Source: Auanema rhodensis
Lineage: Eukaryota > Animalia > Nematoda
Assembly (NCBI GenBank): GCA_964057225.1
Contig: OZ059896.1
Span: 9,610,001-9,674,000, forward strand
DNA length: 64,000 bases
Reading direction: 5' to 3'
Shown here: positions 29,201-41,563 of the stretch, one piece after another
Layout of the letters: each line of letters begins with the position of its first letter
Position numbering within the stretch: position 1 is the stretch's first letter
Made by a program: the position numbers and the translations under genes
Notes under the pieces: model-generated
Database searches by the model: none
The model's input: only the letters and a program-made list of their open reading frames with translations
What the model was told of the DNA's origin: nothing

Positions 29201-32200
29201 AAGATATTTCTTCAAGCTGTAACAAGAACTATACATATAGAATTTGTTGGTGCTCCGGCTCATTATTGCTTCCAAGAGTACGAGGTCAGTAAATTAAGTT
29301 TAAGGAAAGAATAGTTAAATGGCAGTTGTAAACTTATAAATTATATGAGTAACTATATCAATATATAGTTAATTAAAAGATTTCGAACCAAAAAAAAAAG
29401 AAAGTTTTGAAGAAATATATATCTATTTTTTCAAATATATTCTTTATATTCTTTATATTCTAATATATTTAAAATTTCAAACATATATTTCTATTTGAGT
29501 TCTATTTTAGGTGCGACTACTAGATGAAACTGGCATTGAGCTATTACATCATACCATTGTCAAGTCTTCAGATATGAAACGTGAATGGATTGATGGGAAA
29601 TTAGTCACATTTGGAGAACACAATTTTACAAATCTTGAAGTAATTTTATTTATAGTTTGCAATTATATTTGCAATAATTATAGCTGGAAATGGATTATAT
29701 ACCGTCTGTGATACCTGTCGAAATTGCTCATGGAAAATGCGTTTGTCCGACAAGCCAAGAAACTGGAGCATGCAGCTGCATAGCTGCAGATTGGAAAAAA
29801 GTTCGCTTGCATCGTATGTTCAACAAGTTTTTTCAAATAATTAAATTGTTTTTTTTGCTGTAGGTGTTGACGTTTCCTTGGTTCGAAGTACTACATCGAA
29901 GCCCACGACAATAGAGCAAGCACAAAATGGAAAAGTGTTCACGTAAATATTAATTTATTATTATTTTTTCTATTTTCTTCGGAATTTCCTGAACAACATG
30001 AACTTTTCTTTGTTTCAGTGTTATTTGTGTAGTTCTTGTATTGGTTGGGATGGGAATACTGATGGTTTGTTGCATAATTACAGCAATAGCTATCTGTCGA
30101 AATTATGAAGAAAGGCGAAAGGTACATATAATTAAAGATATTTCTTTTATAATATTGACAAAATATATTTTTATAATATATATTCTATAAGCTATATATG
30201 TTATATACTTGTTTATACATGTATATACTCAACAATTGAATATAATATATATATATTGCAGGAGCAATGTGTTCGATTTGTACCCAAAAGCAATGGAAAA
30301 ATCACAGATACACATGCACCTCTTATTCATACATGTAAGTTTTTTTTATATTTTCTTCTAAATTAACTAAATTTTTGAATTGAAATTGAATGAGATATAA
30401 CTGCAACCGCATTAATTGCAACTAACATTTGAAAACGATGACAACTTCGGAATGAATATTATGTGATATTAGCATAATTATTTAATTTAATTCAGTATTA
30501 AACTATACTATACTATACATAATTATTTCAAAAATAACGTGAATAATGAGTTTGAATTAAAGAAAATTTTGCAGGTGGAAGTACATCAGTTCTTATTTTA
30601 TATGCACATGATAGTGTACATCATGAAGCTGCTGTTGAAGCTTTTGCTGAATTATTGAGAAATCTGTTTGGATATGATGTTCACGTGAGTAATCTTAAAT
30701 CAAATTTCCTGTAATCATCTCTATTATATTATATTTTATTTTAGTTAGATGTATGGGATAGAGATCAGATTGAGAAAAATTGGAATGAATATGTCAATGC
30801 AAGCATTGTTCGTGCTGATAAGGTACATTACTGTATAATTACCGTAACTATAGATTATAAAAGATATTTGAAAAAATAATTATAAGATGAAATATTTAAA
30901 TATAGAACTATACAATAATATGAAATATATATTTTTGTTCAGATAATTGTTGTTAACTCTGTGGGGGCTTATCTACGTGTACGATCACGTTATAAGAGGG
31001 AAGAGGAAATAGAAAAAATTAACAGTGGACCATACGATCGGCTTTTTACTCAACAGATTGATTTAGCTCTACAGTGAGTTTATTAAAACTTTTTTATTTC
31101 AAAGAAGAAAAGAAAAATAGCTTTTATCCTTAGATAACTGCATACTCGTTTTATTTTGATATGAGAATGAAAAAGCGGGGGAAGGGGAGAGTTAGCAATG
31201 GAAGCTTTTAAGCTTATCTGTTCTTTGAGCATCAAGTTGAGAGCTCTTCTCTCTATAGAGCTAAGGTTAAAACTAAAATATTTCTTATAGCTCAGGTTAC
31301 TAAATCATGTATATACATATTAGAAACCCTAAAAAAGCCGATTATTTTAAATATATTTATGCTAATAGTTATAAATTTATTATAATATAATTTAAGTTAT
31401 TGAATGAAATATCATTAAGATTATGTAAAAGATGTTTCAATAAGTAAGAAATGAAGCCAAACATCAAGAAAGTTTATTAAGAAATCGAAAATCTAACATG
31501 AAATAATTATTTGATTAACTATATGTACATATGTATATATTCTTTCTTTTCTTAAACAATTAAATATTAATATATAAGTTTATTATTTTTGATTTTTTAC
31601 TTTCAAATCTTTTTGTAAAAATTGCTTTTTCTTTTTTTTTAATACATAAGTATGTAGATACTACATGTGAATGTATAGACCTGAACTTCATTATATATAA
31701 CTTCAAGTCACATTTTTCTATATATATACATGTATATGTATATAAAGTTAAAAGTTTATGTCATGAAACATTCACTTTGATCCGTAAAAATTGCTAAAAC
31801 AAGTTCCTTGTCAATGGTTTCAAATAGAATTTTATTTTATATAATCCATTTGATGAAATATTCAAAGTGAAATTTCGGATGACTTTAAGGGATTTTTCTA
31901 TCTCCAAAAAGCTGCTACTAATTAGGCTTATTAATATAACATAGAAAATACATATAACATACATATATGCCTAAAGATTATACAAATCTTTCTTAATCTG
32001 TCATTTTCAGACATGCCCGTGTGATCTCTATGCGTTTCTCGTATACTCCTGTTGGAGCAACAATCTATGCTTTATCACCATTGCTACAATACACTGTACC
32101 TGATAATCTTGGTCTTCTTGTTTCATCACTAAGTGATTGTTCGATTGTTAATGATGGCCGACTTGTTAGTTATTCTCCTGAAATGTTAAAACTCAGTGCA

Positions 32201-33023
32201 TCAATATCTCGAATGAAACAATACATCGAGAGTGAACCTAAATGGTTTGTTATAAAACTTATTATTCATAATTGAAATTAATCAAAATTTTTTTTATTTC
32301 AACTAATTTTCAAATCAAATCTTTAACTTTCAGCATTTTTATAAAATTCTTGAGAATGTTCATTGATACTTGCGTGATTATAGGTTCCAAAAGACTCATC
32401 TCCGGATGCCATCTGTTCCATTTCCTGTCAATATGCCTTCAGATTCTATTGACAGCGGATTTGAATCATCATCTCATTCAGCTAGAGATATTCAGGTAAT
32501 TCATTTCATTCATTAAATGAAATTCAAAGTATTATTTGCAGCTTCCACTTTCAAATGTTCTCAAAGATATAGATTGTGAAGCAGCAGCTTCCGCAGCTAT
32601 TGTTCCAGCATCTCCTATTGTTGATGAGGATATTCCTCTTCTGGAAGTTAAACACAGAGAAATTGTAAGCTTATTTCCTTTTTTGTTTAATTGAATGTTC
32701 ATTCATTACTTTGTAGGAAAGCATAAATGATGAATTGGATGAACAGTTAGATGACTCAATGTTAGCTATGAAATCCATGAATCAATCGAATGATTCTGCG
32801 TTCTTCAGTGGTCCATTATCTGATGATTTAGATGATCATATAGAGGTATAATATTATTTCTATGATATTATATTTAAATATAATATTTATACAGGTTCGC
32901 GATAAGCCTAGGTTACTGGAAAACGATAACTTAGCAAAATCGAATATAAACAAAATAAGTAATGACTCAGGAATCGTACATTCAACAATATTGGATATGG
33001 ATAGTTTATCAATATCTACTTAA
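26238..33023 (+). CDS. ilcr-2: IL-17 receptor-related single-pass membrane protein with cytoplasmic SEFIR domain (ilcr-2-like)
   Basis: Signal peptide MSRIGFFLLLLRFTWA. Ectodomain LHVDISWQMP, SKWTAGFRKIFL, CFQEYEVRLLD, CSCIAADWKKV. TM segment VICVVLVLVGMGILMVCCIITAIAIC. SEFIR region SVLILYAHDSVHHEAAVEAFAELLRNLFGYDVHLDVWD...IVRADKIIVVNSVGAY. Tail contains DKPRL; stop TAA at 33021-33023. Confidence 0.92.
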
Positions 33024-34286
33024 ATGTTATTCATATTTTATATTCAAAAGTTTCATATAATCTATATAATTAATTACAATAACCTATGTAGTTATATTTG
33101 AAAAAAAAAGTGAAAAGGATGAATAGTGTCGATTCGAACCATCATACGATGATCATATATACGAGTTTCATCTTCCGGGACTATTTATGTTTCTCAATTG
33201 TTTCTTGTTTTTGTTCTGCATCTTTACCGATATTTGGCTTTTTCTTATATTGTACCTAATTCTTTACATGTTCTTCTTTTCCTTTTTTTTTAATTTTTTT
33301 CACTAACTTTGATATCTGCTTTCAAAAGTTTAGTCGATCTCCATTTATGCCGCTGTGTATAGAACTACGGGTTTTGTTTCTCTCTAAAAAAAAGTTTAGA
33401 ACATGAAAAAAATATTTTTTTAATGTTTAATTAGTATAAAGTATGATAATTGATCATAAAGTATTGTTATTTAAACTATGTAAAGTATGAGTTTCTTTTG
33501 TTAATCAGAAATAATTCTTTTGATCCTTCTGTCAGCTTTGCTAATATAAACATACACTGTATATTTTATATTGTATTATAAAACCTTATAAAACCTTATA
33601 AAAAAACTTTTTTTTCTCTTTTTTTCTCAAAAATTGTTTATATTCAGATGTTCAGGTTCGTGTTCGGAAAACAGGAAAACCTTTGCAGGAAAAAAAATGT
33701 TTTGAACGAAATTGATCACTTATGATGAATATGACATCCGTATCGAAACATTTGTTATAAACTGATGAACTAAATGCTTTATATAGAAAATAAGATTAAA
33801 GATTTGATATATGTTCTATCTCTATTTCATATCGAAGGGCTTGATAATTAGAAAGATGTGTTAATGTGGTTTCCTTTATTTTTTCCTTTCTTGGAATGAG
33901 ATTTGAACCAGTATTTTACTAGAAACTAGTAGTAAGCTCAACATGAGCTTCAAAATTGGGCTACATCAAGCTTGAACTACTTCTCTGCACTTTGTTTTCC
34001 CTTTTTGATATTTGTAGGACTTATGCAGGTACAAATTGTGTGCTTTACCAATGATGACGTTGAAAATTGAAAAATTTAGATGATAATAGCACTGATTGAA
34101 TTTGAGATCTCAGATTTAACTTTTTGCAGAAAAAAAAAGATAAAAATTGAAATTTGGTCCAATTTCTGGACATAAGATTTGGCTTCATAACTTTATGATG
34201 CAACTACAAAAGAAAATCAACTGAAAATTATTTCTTGGTATGTATGTGTCATATTTGATTTTCTTAGCTGGTCTATTTCTCTCTCT

Positions 34287-34329
<43 letters not shown>

Positions 34330-35346
34330 ATTTGACAATTCCTTCGAAATAGGAAGAAATGATACTAACAACTAAAAATTATGTTGAATACTCTCTCAGC
34401 TTATTATAATGAGAATAAAAGAAAAATTTTAATTTCAATTTAACTATTATTCTTGTAAATATGCAGCAGATTGAAACTCTGAAATATATCAACAATTGAT
34501 ACAACTTTTAGTAACTGAAGGTAGCAGCTTCGATTTTGGTCAAGTTTGCAGTATAGTATTTTTGTTCATGCAAACTTTGAAAACAACTTAATGCTTATCC
34601 TTTCAGAATGAAAAAAAACTGAAAATTATAACTTGGATATGAAATGCGAACGAAGTATTGTGGGGGGGAGAGTGAATGAAAATTTGTGTTCGAATAAACA
34701 ATTTTAGGCAATTGGGGGGGGGGGGATTTCTGAGATGATGTTTGAGATTATGTTGTTGAAATATCTGAATAGATTTGGAAATTTAAAATTACATTTTATA
34801 AAAATAAATAATATTATTATTATTATTTAAAGTTTTTGTATACTGTTTCAACGGTTTATATCTGGAAATAATTAAATAAATTAAAAGTTTTCGTACAAAT
34901 TTGTAGAAAAAAAAATTTTATATTCAAAATATACATAAATACAATGAATTTCTTATTTGTTCTTATATTGAAGGAAATAAAATGAAGCATATTCATCAGA
35001 TACATCTGAAAAACTCCAATATCCATTGTTGTTTTTTTATAATTTTCTCATTAAGACTGTAAAGAAATAGTTAAAAGAAACAACATACATATGAATATTT
35101 GAGATTTGATTATTTATTTTTATTCATGTGAAAGGGAAAGATTTTTCAGTTGTAACACATGGTTAAACATCCTAAAAAAAGATTATTATATATATTTAAA
35201 TTATATTTTTTTTTGTTTCCGCATTTAAAAGTTTTCCCCAATGATGATGTCAATCGCTTCACCTTCTTTTCCGTTAAAGTTCACATCAATACGTGTGGGA
35301 ATTGTTGTTTTCCTACTATATGTAGCATAAGTTCATCAGTTAATAG

Positions 35347-35354
<8 letters not shown>

Positions 35355-35395
<41 letters not shown>
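35355..35395. repeat. (GA)n microsatellite
   Basis: Direct reading. Confidence 0.95.
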
Positions 35396-35399
<4 letters not shown>

Positions 35400-37260
35400 A
35401 ATAATTATGATAAATAGTATAAGTTAATAATTACTAAAGAATAAAAAATATGATATTGTATTCCAAATGAATATACATACATGTATGGTTAATATAATAT
35501 ATTTACATAATTATGTAGATATGTATATATCATTAAAATAAAAATTTATTTTCCTTCATTGTATTTAAATAATGAATTTAAATATTTAAAAAGAAAAAGT
35601 ACAAGAGGAAGTATTGTTTAAAAGATAATAAACATATAATAATTAGCAATTTTTGCAAACTATTTTATAGTATTTTTGTAATTATAAATATAATTTGAAA
35701 TTCATGATAAGCCTCTGGAGATGTTTGTAAATTGAATTGCAAATGGATGTTACGAACAGATATTCCAATAAATTATTTTTATAATTATATTCTTTTTAAT
35801 AAGAATCGTCATTATTCAATTTTTTTACTAATAATAGAATATAATGAGTTTATATATAGTTCTTAACATGATATCTCATGACCTCCTATAACTATAACTA
35901 AATTATATAAATATTTAATTAATAGAATAAGAAGTAAGTAAGTATTATAACATATACATATGTTATATTGAATAAAATATATAAAGTTTTTGTTTGTAGC
36001 TAAGCAAAAGCTACAGATGACCAGTCTCATTTTTTCTAACCAAGTTTTAGAATGATGCTGAACTTATGCTTTTAGTAATAGACAAGGTAAAATCTGCAAA
36101 TTTAGTATCAAGTTTACAACTATGTTGTTAAGTATTATATAAAAAACTATAGCTTATAACATATAACCATTTGCATGTGTTAGAGAAATAATGAAAACAC
36201 AGAGAATTCTAAATAAAATCTTGTTTTTTATACCGGAATATGATTAAAAAGCGCACATCACTTGATGAATGATAACTTGGCTATGTATCTTGATCACGTT
36301 GATTTGATACAAAGGAAAACTTTCATAAGTTTTCTTTTGTGCAAGTATATAGTTAAAGTTTTATTCATATATCATGTGATTAGTTGAACTGATAATTTCA
36401 TATTTTGTGTCTATCATTTGCTATACGATAAGATTTTTTATCGAAGATGCAGACAGATCCATCTAAGCATGTACATGTGTGCGTATATCTCAGACAATCC
36501 TGTAAAGTGTTGTTCTTTTGTTTGAATGAAAGTGAAAGGAATTCCTTCTGACTCATTTTGTTTGAGAAACAACGGTTTTAATAGTAATCAAAGAAATTAA
36601 AAACATATGACGTAGAATAGTTGAATAGTTGAACGAAGATTCTTGTTAAATAAAATTTGTTGATGATCGAGTTTACAAGTAACTTCATGTGTATGACTCA
36701 TCGTCATCAATATCTAAATCGGAATAAAACAAAAGTGTATATAGATATACAGATATATATATTTATATTTTATTTTAAATAATTTGACTTATAAAGAAAA
36801 GAAAAGAAAAAGTTTATTTTTAATATAAAAGAATCCCCTTTTAAATTATCTTCATGAAGGGGTCTCATCGTTTGGATTAAATCCATGTGTTCCATATCAA
36901 TAATTCAATTAATTAATTAGTTCAAACAACTGAGAAGATTAAAAAAGAATAAAAACTCTCAGTTCCTCTTTCCAAAATCTTATTTTTTGGATGATTTTCT
37001 TCAAAATTTGAATCGTTTATTCTTCAAAAAAAAACTTTTCTTCATTTTTAAAAAAAGTACTAATGAGTTTAGTCATTTGTTTAGTTTGCCTGCCTAGGTT
37101 GTTTATGATTTTAGCTAATCTATTAAATTGGCTTATAGAATTGTCTCTCAGAAAAGGCCTGTTTCTTAGCTCTTATCCAACTCATCAGTTAATTGATATA
37201 GCCATATGAAAACAAGTTATTAACTAGTATTTGAAGATAGTGATGGATACCCGGAGATAG

Positions 37261-37268
37261 TATAAAAG
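37261..37268 (+). promoter_or_regulatory. TATA box of the ground-like gene
   Basis: TATAAAAG 85 nt upstream of the ATG, with no obvious trans-splice acceptor in between. Confidence 0.5.
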
Positions 37269-37345
37269 AAAAGAATTTAAACCAAGCTATCTCCATCGAA
37301 CGTTCTGTCAATCATATATTTTTTCTATTTAAAAATATAATTAAA

Positions 37346-38172
37346 ATGGTATGTTATTTTATTTTAAAAAGTTTATTTATATTGTTACATTGTTATAGAA
37401 CAGAAGTCTTCTTATTGTTTTCGGTTTGATTACCGTCTCCTCAGCTTTCTTGTTCGGAAGCTCCGGAGGAGGATGTGGTGGAGGATGCGGATGTGAGGTA
37501 TGTTCAGATTCATTTATTTTATTTTTATGTTTCTTACAAAAAAATGCTAAATAGTTAACATAATATTTTAATTTTTAGGATACTTCCTGCCTTCCAAAAT
37601 TACCAAAACTCGGTTGCACCAAGCTTTGCTTCTCTATCCCAACTCTTAAGGTATGCTATTGTATTTTTTGCTTTCTATTTCTATTGTTATCTTCAGTTGC
37701 CATCCTGCGGATGCGGTGGTGGATGTGGAGGAGGATGCGGTGGACGTAAGAAGAGAGAGGTTACCGGAGATCTTACTTGCACTGATCCTGAGCTCAAGAC
37801 TCTTATTACCGAGGTTAGTATGCGTTAATCTATTGATGTATCATTACATTTCAATACTCTTTTCAAATTAAAACAAATTATTTCACTGATTAATCCATTG
37901 TATTTAGGGAATCCGCACTAGCCCAAAGGACTCTCGTGACAACATTCTTGCTGACTTGAAGACCAAATTCAAGGGAACCAGGTAAATCATATTTCTATTT
38001 TCCCGTTGTTAATAGTCTGTAGACAACTGAGCTTGAATATTACGGTTTCAGATACCTTGTCACTTGCGCTGTCGGAAAGACTGAATTCAAATCATCTGCT
38101 GAACAATTCTGCTCCGCCGGAAACAACGATCAAACTTGCATTGTTGTCAAGGCTGTTGAAGAGAGCGAATAA
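37346..38172 (+). CDS. Ground-like (grl family) hedgehog-related secreted protein, 6 exons
   Basis: ATG-only first coding exon; signal peptide NRSLLIVFGLITVSSA; FLFG and GGCGGGCG repeats; RKKR furin site; ground-like domain CTDPELKTLITE...YLVTCAVGKTEFKSSAEQFCSAGNNDQTCIVV with 4 Cys. Confidence 0.9.
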
Positions 38173-38564
38173 GTGCTCTAGCTGATAGCTGGACCCACTC
38201 CGATGAGTCTAGTAACTTATGAGAATCAGATTTCTCAATAGTTAAAGTAATGTCATGTATCATGTGACTGTAACAATAAACTTTTTTTTCCCCAAAACAA
38301 AACAAATACTGTACGTATAATTAAAACACAACACATAGATAACGTTTATGAATATTATAATAAAATGATGAAAACAACATACAATCGTATAGGTATATGT
38401 ATTATAAATATATATATTTATATATAGACATAGATATATATAGATATATATTAATTTGAAAATAAGTATAGCATATAAATCATCTTTCACGTCTTTTTTG
38501 TTTTTGTCAAGCCCATTGCTTATCTTTTGATATTCATTTCTTCAATTGTTTAACTCTCTACTAA

Positions 38565-39886
38565 CTATATAGATTTTGGTTCTGGAATAATTATATTTTT
38601 AGATTTACAGCCTGAAAATAAATTTTTAGATTAAATAATATAAAAATTAATAAATATTTACATTTTAACAAATCCTGACAACCTTGTCTGTAAGCTTTTG
38701 ACATGAGAATCATTCCTATAGGGCTAAGAATTCCTGATAGAGACAACAAAATCAGACATATATCCGTAATTACTGTAAATTAAAAAAATTAGAATTACGG
38801 TAATATATGAATTAATAAACTAACAGTTTGTGGCAATTTCAATAGCATGACACAGTAACAGAAAGATGGCAGGACATGCGAATGTAAACGCTTGAAGAAA
38901 TAACTGAAAGAAAGATCAATTAGATTTATAATAATCCATAAAATAAATTATTTTATTAGAATCTGATTAATAATTTTGAATATTTATGAATATGCATATG
39001 TATATACCTGAACACTTAAAGTATCAATAAATGATTTTTGTATTAATTGTGTTGATCTTGACATTGTTATATTTAAATTTTTCATATATTTAATAGTTAA
39101 TAAATAAATAGAAGCTGAACATGAAAGAGTTAAGAAAATAACAAAAAAAAGTCCCGTGAGAGTAAGTTGAAATAAAGGATCTGTATCAACTAAGTTTAAA
39201 ACAATCGTATTCGAATCCCAGATCTCCGATACGTTATAACCAATTTTCTACAATTTTTATAATTACTTCTTTATATTTTATTTTTGAAAAGTTATTACTT
39301 GAACACATTTTGATTTAATAATATCGGAATATTGTTCAACATTTACAAATGATAAAGGCATAACCACAAGGATGTTCAGAATGAATAGTAATAAATATAA
39401 AATATATCTTTGATGTCGTTTCCCAAATAGCGATGTATTAGCTTTAGCACATTGATATTGATAATGTGTCATTGATAAATAGAATGCAGCAATGTCTAAA
39501 TTTAATAAATTATATTTATAAAAATATAATTATCATAAGTATTCACTTAGGTAAAGCCAACTTTGAATAAGAAGTTGATTCAATGTACTAATTCCAAAAA
39601 ATCTTAAAAAGCCCATAGGATAACCTCCAAAACATGGGGCTAATAGGATAGGTGTAGTACCAGCAGATATGAACAACTGTGCCAAGCATGTCCTGATAAT
39701 GCTTTTCTATATTTGAGAAATGAAAAAAAATAAACGTTACGTTGCAACTTGTCCAAGGCTTAATAATTTATATTCATATGACATTTCTTTATGTGAATAA
39801 CAGATAATACAGAAAAAGGTTAAGCCAAATACTATTATACTTATTGGAGACATAGCATACATTATACAAATAAATATATCTCTCAT
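38565..39886 (-). CDS. Serpentine 7TM chemoreceptor, Srh/Sri-like (copy 1)
   Basis: MRDIFICIMYAMSPISIIVFGLTFFCII...MSYEYK...APCFGGYPMGFLRFFG...MSRSTQLIQKSFIDTLSVQ...SLSGILSPIGMILMSKAYRQ...PKSI*. Frame stays open across GT-AG introns. Confidence 0.85.
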
Positions 39887-41563
39887 TATATAAATAAGTT
39901 ATAATTTATATGTTTAATTCTAAAAAAAAGAAATAATTTATAATAATATAAATTAAGATTTTAAGTTAAAAAATAAAAGATAATGAATAAATTAGTTTTT
40001 ATAAATATATTAATAGTATTACAGTCATTACAGTCATGAAAAATGGATCACATCCCACCAACCACCTGTTTGTGTGTTGAAAGAACGAAAATGTGCCAAA
40101 ATAATACAAAAAAAAAAAGATAAAGGTATGTAGTTTTTGATCTTGAAAACAATATTACTTAGACTTTTTTTTTCAATTTTTATTTTTCCTTTCAGCCAGA
40201 GTCCAAAAGATCATCTACATCATATACAGTTAATCTTTGATTATTCTCATGGTACATTACTATATTTGAAACAAGGAAGTTGAAACAATTAAATAAGTTA
40301 AAATTAAGGAATATTTCTATGTAAAGTATTTATATAATTTATTTTGCTTAAAACATTTGTAAAGAATATTGTATATTCGAAAGAAAGAAGAAGCTTACTA
40401 CTTGCTTTTCATTCATTTTTTTAATTTCAAATATTGAAATATTATATATTTTAATTTACTTCACACTATACTATCAAGTTTTAAAAAAAGATAATTATAC
40501 TATACTGTATATACTGTATATTGATTTAATTCTAACAAATTCAAGCAAATAGTCTATGTTAAGAATAATTATAATTCACATTTTTAACATGAAATATTCT
40601 CAAAATATTATAGTCAATTTTTAGTCAACTAACTATATTTTTTAAATTTTTGATTAAAATTTTACTTATTTCATTTTGAATTTAAAAAATGATCATGAAC
40701 GTAACATTTTTCTGTTTCAAATACAGAGATTATAAATTTGTTTTTGTATGAAAAAATATTTTCCAAGAAATCAGATGTTTGAAAGTTTTTTGGTTGAATA
40801 TCTATTTGAATACAGTGTTGTTTTTGAAGAATGTATCAATAGGACTATTTCAAAAGACAATTATCAAAGAACTTTTATAATTTTCTACAAAAAATTTCTA
40901 AGCTGATAAATTAATTCCTGGATGAAAGAAATACGAAATTTTGAACATAATTCATATTAGGTGTATCACCAGAGTTACGGTTTAGATTGAACCTGATAAC
41001 TTCAGAATGAAGACACACAATACGAAAAAACTACTTCGATGCAACAACGCTATACTTATGTTTCTCCTTTCAGGCTTCAATGACAACACTGAGATGTCTG
41101 AGTGGTTGCCAGTGCCTTTTTGGCTGAATTTAACAGCAGATTTAGGCCTAGACGACGATCTTCGAAATCGATCTCGTTGGTTTTGAAGCTGCTAACTAGT
41201 TGTGTTTGATGAAGAACCATCTCCGTACACAACTTTCATTCTTCTGAAGGTTTTTTTAGCAGAAATGAAGAAGGGTATATCGCATACGATTAATATTCAA
41301 AACGAAAACGAGAAACAAAAAAAAACTAAAAAACAGTTTTCTCAGGTGTGTAAAATTATGAGATTTAGATGTTTTTTATAATATTTAAAACAATTTTAAT
41401 TTTTAATATGTTTTTTTTATTAATTTTATAAAATTATCATAAAATTTTAATTTTTCAAAGGGGGGCAGTGGATCAATAAACATCCTAATATATAATTCTT
41501 TGATACAACAATGATTGTCTAAACAACAACAATAAATATACAAATGAATCTTATGTATAAATA

